Part shown: piece after piece, positions 42,301 through 50,578 of the stretch
Layout of the letters: each line of letters begins with the position of its first letter
How positions within the stretch are numbered: position 1 is the stretch's first letter
IMG/VR virus record: IMGVR_UViG_3300033074_000580
Span: 1 to 64,000 of that record
Strand: one strand, 5' to 3'
DNA: 64,000 nt
Source: a virus
Taxonomy: Duplodnaviria; Heunggongvirae; Uroviricota; Caudoviricetes
Made by a program: the position numbers and the translations under genes
The notes under the pieces: model-generated
What the model was told of the DNA's origin: nothing
Database searches by the model: none
What the model saw: the letters and a program-made list of their open reading frames with translations, nothing else

Positions 42301-44093
42301 TTTTGTTCACTAACTTTTAAATCGTATGGTGGAAACCACATAACACGACCTCCATTAGGTCCTCTTTCACATGCCGGTAAATCTGTAACTCTAAAACCAT
42401 CCGCATTAGATGTTTTCCAAGCTAAGTTCTCAATGGAGAACATATATTTTTTTGCATAAAAACCACCACCATATTTGTAATTATCAAACATATTGGTTGA
42501 ACCTTCAAAAGATTTTTTACCATTAGAAATTGGTGCGATATTAAGATTCCAAACTCTACTTTGTCCTCCCATTACGCTACCATCAAATTTTCTATATGTG
42601 TTGGTTTTTTTCATGGTATCTGAATAGTTCATATATGAACGGTCTTTTGTCCATACACGACAATATTCTACACCTGATTCAACGTTTTTCTTGTCAACAT
42701 ATCTAACAGCAGAACCTCTTGAAATAACAACATCACCCTCTTTAAACATTCTACTTGTTTGGTCGATAACATTCGCAACGTGTGAACGCGCTTCACCACC
42801 ATTAGATGGCATACTATCTAATAATTCTTGTGTTTTACCTAAAATAGAATCTTCTCTAAAAGTATACTTTGTTGAAAGTGTTTCTTGTAATCTTGATTGT
42901 TCAGATGACCTATATTCTTTATTGTTAGCACCTAATACATTTTTAGAATTTTTACTATACCATGTAAGTTTACCTCCAATTGTACCTCCTTCAGTAATGT
43001 TTTTACTTTTTTGAAATACTTCGGCCGCAGTTTTATCAAACATCAATGTTAGATAGTAACTACTTCTAACTTGATTGTCATTAAAGTCTGACATTGCGTA
43101 TTTTACGTCGGTACCTCTATCGTCTCCAATATAAGCAATACCCGCAGGTGCTTCAACACCCAATAGTGTTTTAACTCCTTGTCCAATTTTATCAACAAAA
43201 TTAAAAATCTTAGATGAATTTTGTGACCTTGCGGTTGTTGTATAATTTGGTGCGTATTTGTTGAATGTTAATGAATCAAAAAGTCTTTGTTTTGGACCTT
43301 GACCCATATATTCAATTAACAAATCAGAAGGTTTTCTTGATAACTTTGGTCTTCTTTGTATTCCAATAAGTGAACCTAACGCACCCGTAGTGTCTTGCCA
43401 TAATTTACCTAATTCAGTAGATGCTTCAGGTCTATAATTTATAGGGTTTGTTGGATTGCTTAAATAATCACCCGGTATTTCACTAAAAGGTAATTGTGTT
43501 CCAGATACTGTTTGTAAAAAATCAATTCCTTTACCAAAAACAGTACTTGCTACGGTAATCTTATTGTTTGGTTCCACTAATGGTTCACGACCCGTAATAA
43601 TGTTTAATGCTGTTGCGGTATTACCATTTAACGCGTCTAATATTCTTACTTTACCATCAATGGTTCTTTCGGTATTGGCAGCAATTCTTGTATAAACAGG
43701 ACCATTTTTATCTTTACCAATATAATTTGCCGCAAATTTAAATAACTCAGATTCTGTATCATATGTTTGATTCTCAACTATACTAATTAAATTGTGATTA
43801 GTTTGAGTAAAATATGGGTATAAATTTAAATTTGCTCTTCTTGGTAATGTATCTAAATTTTCTTTTATGAAAAATTCAGTTGGTTTGTATATGTTGTTTT
43901 TTTGTGGGATTGTTAAATCTTGATTTCTGTTTGTATCAACAGCACCTGGGTCAACATTTGCAACCACATCTAATCCTTGTAACTCATATGTTGTATTTGT
44001 AAATGATTGTGGACCATTAGGAACCTGTAAAGTCTTTCCTAATATGAAATCTCTAAATCGTTTTGTTGAATCAAAATCTAAGTAACTTGGCAT
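39378..44093 (-). CDS. Large tail tube-initiator/baseplate protein (gp48/gp54-like) with an inserted OmpA-like domain
   Basis: FPPYDLKVSE...W....LGRPEPIYTYQNTERT and PPVCVLRIGDFY...PM.ANV.L tube-fold motifs; YFPND...YNFYLGMRRAHSI OmpA-like segment. Confidence 0.65.
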   Translation of the reverse strand: MPSYLDFDSTKRFRDFILGKTLQVPNGPQSFTNTTYELQGLDVVANVDPGAVDTNRNQDLTIPQKNNIYKPTEFFIKENLDTLPRRANLNLYPYFTQTNHNLISIVENQTYDTESELFKFAANYIGKDKNGPVYTRIAANTERTIDGKVRILDALNGNTATALNIITGREPLVEPNNKITVASTVFGKGIDFLQTVSGTQLPFSEIPGDYLSNPTNPINYRPEASTELGKLWQDTTGALGSLIGIQRRPKLSRKPSDLLIEYMGQGPKQRLFDSLTFNKYAPNYTTTARSQNSSKIFNFVDKIGQGVKTLLGVEAPAGIAYIGDDRGTDVKYAMSDFNDNQVRSSYYLTLMFDKTAAEVFQKSKNITEGGTIGGKLTWYSKNSKNVLGANNKEYRSSEQSRLQETLSTKYTFREDSILGKTQELLDSMPSNGGEARSHVANVIDQTSRMFKEGDVVISRGSAVRYVDKKNVESGVEYCRVWTKDRSYMNYSDTMKKTNTYRKFDGSVMGGQSRVWNLNIAPISNGKKSFEGSTNMFDNYKYGGGFYAKKYMFSIENLAWKTSNADGFRVTDLPACERGPNGGRVMWFPPYDLKVSEQNSARWESNAFLGRPEPIYTYQNTERTGQVSFKVVVDHPSILNLLVREHFNGMSDEDADNYINAFFAGCKDEDFYTLVKTYTMLDTDDIRRIKEYLNEGKSPETIQKYKYNLETVEEVKPNTGENPKPTIEPYSMSLYFPNDYPQGNVTNDTKATQSFSDIFAEYNANSGTYYSDATTELTNLLTDSTPSANQLKDIKTIFGVEKSQITDTGTTLNKQLERISNGFNALNVNYNAFDASLTSLKEAISKNQIDTAEFVIVATTSEVANDTYNFYLGMRRAHSIVTNVLNKIENGKIPDIKWPKTENVSSKKDDGFSFNLTVKCSDLGYENNLGKIKFKFTSEGESAVIKSPDPNDSNLDCKTVIYDTNGLKIHAPNPFYCRQVGVKFSAINVPKQDEPQKIKIPKLTSVPDGDPIPKVSPKPSIDIMKRIIMKTLSECHYFKKLEEDSPLAFSSLKEKLKYFHPGFHSTTPEGLNSRLTFLHQCVRPGNTIPIKGIADINDLNARNTSFGPPPVCVLRIGDFYHSKIIIRDVNITFEENIWDLNPEGIGVQPMLANVTLQISFIGGQGIEKPVERLQNALSSNFYANTEMYDERSISTATLINGQEKEKFTKEFLADLQKKPEYKLVGDNKDKPKVTQGKYIGDLSGDSIKYTNLVNMVYSSVGEYFNTYQSAYNEIIPKYGKKIGYMFFSPTYRTFSGMTINTISGDTSTDNIELLGEYPLVRNLGWHADNFKATLKYSINNYDMVKILGFEEIFEPNMFSEENVKIREVIVKIVSDVIDKFVTIGSVKQLESSRNNVISTLDKVNFLVRNQGDGKIDGTTFSKSQLSGFTSSNFYSEYSSVISYIKAQHSDFTSDLDGTFDFLLDSIDDTLLTEFLKVLLQGQRENLFKLLKEKYDFRTADKLCFKYDDFITTVKPKTFRLGKFPKRKNSNEITYKIGTTDYITDDDVKTSLSNIFNNGRVDIIGTTLNYYKP

Positions 44094-44123
44094 TATTCTC
44101 TTTTATCTTATAAATAGATTTAA

Positions 44124-46013
44124 TTATCTTTTAGCTGTCGACGGTTGAGTATATTCTTTCTCATCAGTTACAATAAAATCATTATAAATGCTTGAATTTT
44201 TAACAGTTTCTCTCATCCAACCATCAACTAATGTTGCACCTCCCTTAAATTCGTATTCATTTTTAACGGTAACTGTTTTATTAACACTCATTTCTTTTTG
44301 TTTCTTTTCGGTCTCCTCTTGTACCATTTTTTTAGCCTGTTCTTGAGTTACTGAATTTTTAGGTGATTCTACTTTACCTTTTTGTTTATCATCTTTTAAT
44401 GTAGAACCAAGTCCCTTTATTTCATTTGTTAACGCCGCAGCTAATTTAGGCATCGACTCTCTTGTGATATCAGCAATTTTGCCCATATCTACCAACTTGT
44501 TAAATAACTCTTTTCCTTCTCTACCTGCAGCTAATGCCGCCGCCTTTACTAAATAAGATACGTCTCTTCTAATGTTCTCAATATTTGTCGCCTGACCTCT
44601 AACAATATCTTCAGGTGACATTTCTTTAAATTGATTTCTATATTCTAATAATAATTTTGCTTGTCTATCATCAATTTGGTCTAATGCAACTGAATTTGCA
44701 CCATCAAATTGTCTCCTTAATTCTTCAGAATTTAATGCTATGGTCATTTTGCCATCTTGCATTTGTGCTAAATTCGATAAAAATTCTTTATCATCACTTT
44801 CAATTTGTAAACCTGACAACATTTGAGTTGATGAAAGTCTTTCTTGTGTTGCAATTGCAGTCTTAGTTAATTCTTTGTAATCAACACCAAGAGCGGTTGC
44901 CATTTCTCTTACTTTTCTAAGATTAACACCAGTAACCTCAAATCTACCTTGTTCTTGATTATATGTCGCCAAAGAACCAGCAGCTTCAATTAAAGCGTCT
45001 TGTAGTCCTTCAACATTATTTGTTGCCATATACATCAATTTAAGTGGGTCATTAAAATCACCAATTGCACCACCTAACACTTGTAAATTTGCTGATAATT
45101 CTAATGCACCCTCAGGACTAAACACCTTTTCCGCAACTGCAGCTACAGATTCCATACTTGATTTGAATTCAATTGATTTTTGAACCATTCTTGCAAGTCC
45201 ATCAATACCTTTTTGGAAACCGTATTGGTTTAACATTCCTATATTTGTTTGTAAGGATTCTGCAACTTTTTTTGAACTCAAACCTAACTCTAATGAACGT
45301 TGTCCCGTTCTTTGAACCGCATCAATAGTACTTTTTGCACCGATACCCACTTTTTCAAATTCAGGTATCATTTCCATCATTTTGGACATGTCACCAATAT
45401 AAGCTTGACCTATTTTACCAACATCATATAATGTTTCTCTGTTTAAAACATTAAATCTTCCAGTTGTTTGTAATAAATTGGTTGATGCAATTGCTACCGT
45501 GTCAAAAGAAATACCTAATTTGGTTAAATCTCTACCCGCCTCACTAATTTGATTTCTAAAATCCGCAGATAATTTACCTGTTAAACTAGTTTTGGTGTTA
45601 ATATCTTCTAATAACTTAGTTTGATTTTGATATTCGTTTGAAACTTCTGTTAATCCTGCACTAAATAATTTTTTAGCTAATTCATCGGGTGTGGCTAATC
45701 CTCCTTTAGAACCACTTAATGCACCAACAATAGAATCCGCATTTACTGTTTTTGATATGTCTGTATAGTATTGTCCTGATTGTTGTGACCCCGCAAATTT
45801 TGAAACTAAGTTACCTAACGCTAATCCACTATCATTCGGAGTTCTACCTCCTCCATCCATCTGATATCCGTCATAGAGTGATTTAGCCTCTCTAGTTCTT
45901 GTGTCCATGGTTTTATTCTTGTCTCTATCAGCATATACATCATTATATGTTGTCAAGAATTTCATCCAATTCTGCTGTTTTGCAAGTGTTTCTAAGTCTT
46001 TTACATTCGCCAT
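44124..46013 (-). CDS. Tape measure protein
   Basis: 629 aa helical A/L/Q/K-rich protein in the canonical position after tube and chaperone; length close to T4 gp29. Confidence 0.75.
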   Translation of the reverse strand: MANVKDLETLAKQQNWMKFLTTYNDVYADRDKNKTMDTRTREAKSLYDGYQMDGGGRTPNDSGLALGNLVSKFAGSQQSGQYYTDISKTVNADSIVGALSGSKGGLATPDELAKKLFSAGLTEVSNEYQNQTKLLEDINTKTSLTGKLSADFRNQISEAGRDLTKLGISFDTVAIASTNLLQTTGRFNVLNRETLYDVGKIGQAYIGDMSKMMEMIPEFEKVGIGAKSTIDAVQRTGQRSLELGLSSKKVAESLQTNIGMLNQYGFQKGIDGLARMVQKSIEFKSSMESVAAVAEKVFSPEGALELSANLQVLGGAIGDFNDPLKLMYMATNNVEGLQDALIEAAGSLATYNQEQGRFEVTGVNLRKVREMATALGVDYKELTKTAIATQERLSSTQMLSGLQIESDDKEFLSNLAQMQDGKMTIALNSEELRRQFDGANSVALDQIDDRQAKLLLEYRNQFKEMSPEDIVRGQATNIENIRRDVSYLVKAAALAAGREGKELFNKLVDMGKIADITRESMPKLAAALTNEIKGLGSTLKDDKQKGKVESPKNSVTQEQAKKMVQEETEKKQKEMSVNKTVTVKNEYEFKGGATLVDGWMRETVKNSSIYNDFIVTDEKEYTQPSTAKR

Positions 46014-46026
46014 ACATATAAATAGA

Positions 46027-46179
46027 TTAGTCCGTATTTTCTATTTCCATTATGTAGTTTATATAATATCTTCTTATATAAACAGGCATGGTTAAAATGT
46101 CTCCATAAGAGAATCCTTTTCTAACCAAATAATGTATTTCAGATAATTGATTTTTCTTATACTCCGTAGAAAGGGCGAA
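46027..46179 (-). CDS. gp51-like / GT-type tail chaperone C-terminal extension, probably reached by frameshift
   Basis: Not in the ORF track. The +1 frame reads FALSTEYKKNQLSEIHYLVRKGFSYGDILTMPVYIRRYYINYIMEIENTD*; no upstream in-frame ATG (TAG upstream), and it begins at the TTT TTT C run. Confidence 0.65.
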   Translation of the reverse strand, partial: FALSTEYKKNQLSEIHYLVRKGFSYGDILTMPVYIRRYYINYIMEIENTD

Positions 46180-46906
46180 AAAAGTCAACCCCGAATCCAA
46201 TAGTAAATTGGACTACTTCTCCTGACGGGGCGATTGCTTGTTGTGTTAAGTCTATTCCAGGTTTTACATCTGAAATATATTTTCTAAAATCTTGTGAATC
46301 TTTAATTGGAAGATTTTCAATAAAATTACGAGTGTTCATCGGGTCTTTGTTTCCTTCGACCGATTTAATCATACCCTCAAGTTGTTTGGTAATAACGGGA
46401 GCGAACCCAACACCATTCCAACTTTTATTCATTTCACGAATTTCATTTTCTTGTTTTTGTGTTAAAAATTTAAATGTGATATGAATTTTAGATTTTTCCA
46501 TATAATATGGATATTCACCGTTTGCGTCACTTTCTAAATCAAATGGTTTGAAATTAAGACTACTTAAATCGATGTCAACTTCAAATTCCTCATTTGTTTT
46601 TGGGTCTGTTAATTTAACCTTATAATCTGAACCAAATGCAGTGTTTCTTAAAAATATAAGAATTGCTTGTCTATCCTCTTCAACAATATCGTCAATTGCA
46701 ATATCCTTATCAATTACTTTTCTTTTTAAAAGTTCGGTAACGATTGCGTTTGTTTGAATTAAATTTGGTGACGCTAAAATATTTTCATCGGCAGCAGTTA
46801 AGTATGCAACTCTTAATGATTTCTTATTGTTAGCGTAATGAATACCTCTACTTGGTAATTCCACCACATCATATGCAATTCGGGGGTCAATTCTATATTC
46901 TTCCAT
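46157..46906 (-). CDS. Tail assembly chaperone / baseplate hub assembly protein (T4 gp26-like)
   Basis: VELPSRG..Y, YLTAADENIL, DRQAILIFLR..AFG..Y, ends GVDFFRP; between tube and tape measure. Confidence 0.8.
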   Translation of the reverse strand: MEEYRIDPRIAYDVVELPSRGIHYANNKKSLRVAYLTAADENILASPNLIQTNAIVTELLKRKVIDKDIAIDDIVEEDRQAILIFLRNTAFGSDYKVKLTDPKTNEEFEVDIDLSSLNFKPFDLESDANGEYPYYMEKSKIHITFKFLTQKQENEIREMNKSWNGVGFAPVITKQLEGMIKSVEGNKDPMNTRNFIENLPIKDSQDFRKYISDVKPGIDLTQQAIAPSGEVVQFTIGFGVDFFRPFYGV

Positions 46907-46912
46907 AGTGTA

Positions 46913-46941
46913 AGTTTAAACTATAACTATTAAAAAGTAAA
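46913..46941 (-). promoter_or_regulatory. Housekeeping-sigma-like promoter for the chaperone gene
   Basis: Minus strand TTTACT-N17-TAAACT, same geometry as the promoter at 557-585. Confidence 0.5.
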
Positions 46942-46954
46942 GTTTTGAGCAAAC

Positions 46955-47003
46955 AAAAAAACCGATAACCTATTAGACAGATTTACTAATTTGGTTACCG
47001 GTT
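46955..47003 (-). terminator. Terminator after the tail tube gene
   Basis: AACCGGTAACC...GGTTATCGGTT stem with inner TTAG/CTAA pairing, followed by a T run. Confidence 0.7.
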
Positions 47004-47023
47004 CTTTAAATAAAATGATTATA

Positions 47024-47512
47024 TTAGAATACTTGGATACAACGGTCCATTCTCAAATTACAAGTAATTGTTGAGATTTCGTCTCTTGAGTAATCAAGTT
47101 CACCGAAGTCTAAGTTTGTGATAAATGTTCCTTGAAGAATCCATTTTTCAACCACAACTCCAGTTGGGTCTAACATTTCAAGTTCAATGTCTTTTTTATA
47201 ACCAGCAGCATATCCCATTCTACCTGTTACTGATTCTGCATGTAAACGGAACCATTCCATAAGAGCTTGAGAAGCCGAAGGACCGATTGGGTCTCTAAAG
47301 GTTACTCTAAGTTCTTCCCATGTGAAACGTCCAGCAACATAAGTTGAAGTATTCAAGAATTGAATTTCTGTTGAGTTAATTTTTGCTTTTGGTCTAGCTG
47401 CGGAACTTACAAACCATTCATTGATACCCAATGATGATGGGAAGCGAAGAATAAATCGATTCTGTCTTTTTGGTTCGTAAGGAACCGGCATTTTCATTAG
47501 TAAATCTGCCAT
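47024..47512 (-). CDS. Tail tube protein (T4 gp19-like)
   Basis: EPKRQNRFIL, AGRFTWE....TFRD, YKKDI..EMLDPTG.VVEKW.L.G.F....DFGELDY. Confidence 0.92.
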   Translation of the reverse strand: MADLLMKMPVPYEPKRQNRFILRFPSSLGINEWFVSSAARPKAKINSTEIQFLNTSTYVAGRFTWEELRVTFRDPIGPSASQALMEWFRLHAESVTGRMGYAAGYKKDIELEMLDPTGVVVEKWILQGTFITNLDFGELDYSRDEISTITCNLRMDRCIQVF

Positions 47513-47594
47513 TTTGTGTTAGTTAAATTTTTTGTTATTTTTACTTCTTATAAATATATCTTAAATAGAAAATAAATTATTTATCGGACCAAAC

Positions 47595-47623
47595 TTGATT
47601 TTATCAAAAATTTTTCGTAGTTT
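47595..47623 (+). promoter_or_regulatory. Sigma-like promoter pointing into the intergenic repeat array
   Basis: TTGATT-N17-TAGTTT on the plus strand, with no ORF downstream. Confidence 0.4.
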
Positions 47624-47636
47624 TTTACAAAATCCT

Positions 47637-47724
47637 CCAGTATCTAGTTCCAGTATAAATAATATATCTAGTTTATTATTTATTATTATATAAATACTAG
47701 TTCTAGTATATTCTAGTATACTGG
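47637..47724. repeat. AT-rich array of CYAGTW units (iteron-like), including a direct repeat TTCTAGTATA x2
   Basis: Seven direct copies plus one inverted copy (TACTGG) within about 90 bp. Confidence 0.7.
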
Positions 47725-47755
47725 GCAAATAAAATCATTTAATTATTATATCCAA

Positions 47756-47771
47756 TGTTCCACGTGGAACG
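47756..47771. promoter_or_regulatory. parS: Chromosomal-type parS palindrome
   Basis: TGTTCCACGTGGAACG: perfect 14 bp palindrome GTTCCACGTGGAAC, 15/16 match to TGTTCCACGTGGAACA, intergenic. Confidence 0.7.
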
Positions 47772-47780
47772 TTCTACAAT

Positions 47781-47810
47781 AAAAAAAGGGAAGCTTTTCG
47801 GCCTCCCTTT
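47781..47810 (-). terminator. Intrinsic terminator after the sheath gene
   Basis: AAAGGGAGGC-CGAAAA-GCTTCCCTTT followed by TTTT. Confidence 0.85.
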
Positions 47811-47835
47811 CTTATTTTTATATTCTCCTTTTAGA

Positions 47836-50292
47836 TTAGATATTCTCAAATGAAGCTCCTGTTGGAGTAATTACGAATTCCAAATCAATAAATTCAAGAG
47901 AACGAGTTGGTTTTACATAGATTTTACCTCTTAATGTATTTGCGTCTATATCTTCAGGGTCACTTGATACAGTTACCTTAAATTCATATAAACCTCTTTC
48001 TTTCTTGATTGATTCTAAGATAGGATTTACCAATCTCAAGAATTCTTGTCTTACTTGTTCGTCGTTTTGTTCAAACAATAATCTAACAGCAACAGCTGAA
48101 ATTAACTTTCTTGCTCTCAATAACAATCTTCTTACGTTGATTCTATCTAATGCAGATTCTCTAACTTGAAGAGTTTTGTTACCCCAAATGATAGTACCTG
48201 TATCAGAGAATGTTGCAATTGGGTTAATTCTATTCTTGTAAAGAGTGTCTCTTTCGTCTAATGTTAATTTCTTTTTAGCTTTGATTGCATTTACCAAACC
48301 TCTTGAATAACCGGCAACCGCGAACCAAGGATATGAAACATTATCAGTTAAAGCAATATTCTTCAATACTTCACCTGTTGGTGGAATGTAAAGTTGAGTT
48401 GCGTTATCTGTGTCTCTTACTTGAATCCAAGGCCAATATGTTGCTGAATAGTTAGAATCAATTGCTAAGTCATCAAGATATCCTGTTACAGTATCTGAAT
48501 CATCAACATTTGGTGCTGAGATAATATATAATGAATCCGCTCTATCATTTTCAACCATATCAATTGCTTGATTTGTTAAAGATGAGTGGTCATAGAAGTT
48601 AATACCCGGAGTTGCAAATACGTTAATATCAACAGCTTCAGGGTTTGCAAATGTTTGAATACCAGTGTTATATGCATAGTAATCAGAGTTACCAGCAGAT
48701 GTACTAAACACCCCACCATTATCTGTGTTACCTGTTATATAAGTTGTTTTACCAAATATAAATTGGTCACCGTATGTTCTTGTTTGTCTGTAAACATCCC
48801 AACCATCAAATCCACCACCTACTGCAAATGTAAACTTACGATAGTTTATATTTGTCAATTTGTTAGCGTTACCACCTGATTGACCTTCTAAATCATATGG
48901 TGTACATTGATATGTTGTACTTGTGATTGAAGATGCGTTAGTTGATAAGTGGAAACCGTTAGTTTCACCATTAGCTGCCGTTCCTTTATATTTAAACAAT
49001 GCAGCATCGTGTTGATATCCTTCTTGGCTAGATAAACCTAAAGATACTTTCTTTACTTTATCACCACTTGAAGTTGTTCCTGAGAATGTTGCACCTGAAT
49101 AAATTACGTCACCCGCATCAAAATATTTTACTTTATAGTTAACTGCACCTAATGTAGTTGAACCCGATAATGTTGCTGATGTGAATCCTTTAAATCCTGC
49201 AGGGAACGCATCTGTTGGGTGATTATCTGTCATACTTAACATGATATACTTAGAACGTAACTCATATTCACCGTCTGAAGTACCCACTTTTCTTGCAACA
49301 TATCCTGGCATGTCAGGATTCATTGAACATCTTGTAAATTTCTCAAGTACTACTTGATTTTCATCTGTATCGTTAAAATCACGAACAATTAAATCAAATT
49401 CACCTGTTTCTAAATTTATATTTTGAATAGTAATTTTAACTTGTTCATTTGAAGAATCACCATCAGAAATTGTAATAACGTCAAATAAATCTGCAACTTG
49501 ACCACCTCTTACTTCAGATACTACTGTTGGTGAAGCTGCGGTTTTCCATTGAGTTAAATAATTGTCACTTTCTAAATTTATTACCGGTGTTAGACTTAAT
49601 CCCGTTAAATTACCTTGTTTATAAGCCGATTCAACATAATTAGGATAAACTTCATGTACATATAACGGAAAATCGTCCATATTCTTATCAAAAACACTTG
49701 TGCCTAATACTTTTGAAATGTATTTTGGTGATGTTTTATCTAAAGAACATGTAAATGATTTAACTCCTGTATTTCCCGTTACCGATAATGTAAATTCAGC
49801 CAATGGGTTTGTTGTTAGACCTGAACCTGTAATTGCAATTGTTGTTGTACCTGTTTGAGTCATTCCAGATGTCGCATATGTTAGATTTTGACCAACATAT
49901 TGACCTCTAGACCTTAGAGATACAACTACTTTATTGTTATAGTTAGAATCACCACTTATTGTTTTAATACCAAATGTTTTATAAGGTAGGTAACCTGTTA
50001 AACCAAGAATTCTTGTAACGAATAATTGATTTGATTCTTGTAAATAAGATTTAGCCACATAAGGTAATTCATATTTAGGATTTCCTGCACCGTCTTTTTC
50101 TGGTGAAGTTGAACCAAAATATGTTTTGAATTCGTCGAAACCACCAATTAAAATTGGTTCAAATGCCGGACCTTTTAAAGTCTCACCCACTAAACCCAAT
50201 GTTGTAACTCCGACACTTTGTGCCACGAATGTAAGATCCTTCTCTGATGTGTACACACCTGGAGATACGAATACTCTGTTTGAATTTGCCAT
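47836..50292 (-). CDS. Contractile tail sheath protein (T4 gp18-like)
   Basis: VSPGVYTSEKD, YWPW, PWFAVAG..RG, RDTLY..RINPI, WGNKTL, LDRINVRRL, KPTRSLEFI. Confidence 0.95.
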   Translation of the reverse strand: MANSNRVFVSPGVYTSEKDLTFVAQSVGVTTLGLVGETLKGPAFEPILIGGFDEFKTYFGSTSPEKDGAGNPKYELPYVAKSYLQESNQLFVTRILGLTGYLPYKTFGIKTISGDSNYNNKVVVSLRSRGQYVGQNLTYATSGMTQTGTTTIAITGSGLTTNPLAEFTLSVTGNTGVKSFTCSLDKTSPKYISKVLGTSVFDKNMDDFPLYVHEVYPNYVESAYKQGNLTGLSLTPVINLESDNYLTQWKTAASPTVVSEVRGGQVADLFDVITISDGDSSNEQVKITIQNINLETGEFDLIVRDFNDTDENQVVLEKFTRCSMNPDMPGYVARKVGTSDGEYELRSKYIMLSMTDNHPTDAFPAGFKGFTSATLSGSTTLGAVNYKVKYFDAGDVIYSGATFSGTTSSGDKVKKVSLGLSSQEGYQHDAALFKYKGTAANGETNGFHLSTNASSITSTTYQCTPYDLEGQSGGNANKLTNINYRKFTFAVGGGFDGWDVYRQTRTYGDQFIFGKTTYITGNTDNGGVFSTSAGNSDYYAYNTGIQTFANPEAVDINVFATPGINFYDHSSLTNQAIDMVENDRADSLYIISAPNVDDSDTVTGYLDDLAIDSNYSATYWPWIQVRDTDNATQLYIPPTGEVLKNIALTDNVSYPWFAVAGYSRGLVNAIKAKKKLTLDERDTLYKNRINPIATFSDTGTIIWGNKTLQVRESALDRINVRRLLLRARKLISAVAVRLLFEQNDEQVRQEFLRLVNPILESIKKERGLYEFKVTVSSDPEDIDANTLRGKIYVKPTRSLEFIDLEFVITPTGASFENI

Positions 50293-50375
50293 CGATTGTT
50301 GTTTGGTTAATTATTTTTATTAGTTATTCTATAAATATCTTTGTTTTTAGCAAAGATTTCCGTACTTTTTTGAAA

Positions 50376-50415
50376 AAAGATAGTTAATTATCCTTTTTTA
50401 TCTTTATTTATCTTT
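50376..50415. promoter_or_regulatory. Candidate operator: TATCYTT repeats at 10 bp spacing
   Basis: TATCCTT at 50389, TATCTTT at 50399 and 50409, inverted AAAGATA at 50376, directly before the RHH gene. Confidence 0.45.
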
Positions 50416-50419
50416 TACT

Positions 50420-50578
50420 ATGGATAACAAAACTAAAAACGTAAAAATTAGTGAGAAACACCACGAAATGTTAAAAAACCATTGTGATAGGAATGGTTTA
50501 AAAATTTATAAAGTTTTAGAGAAATTTATTGAAGACCTTTGTAAACCCAAAAAGAAAGACATTTACGGAGAAGATTAG
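50420..50578 (+). CDS. Small ribbon-helix-helix DNA-binding protein
   Basis: Below the ORF-track cutoff; MDNKTKNVKISEKHHEMLKNHCDRNGLKIYKVLEKFIEDLCKPKKKDIYGED* has the beta-strand plus two-helix RHH pattern. Confidence 0.7.
   Translation: MDNKTKNVKISEKHHEMLKNHCDRNGLKIYKVLEKFIEDLCKPKKKDIYGED

Noticed and set aside
33697-45000. Numerous 60-170 aa plus-strand ORFs inside large minus-strand genes
   Set aside because: Antisense ORFs with F/L/S-biased composition typical of reverse-frame artefacts.
46090-46183. -1 frameshift product of the tail chaperone
   Set aside because: The -1 frame gives only 28 residues with no recognisable motif, whereas the +1 frame gives a gp51-like sequence filling the gap.
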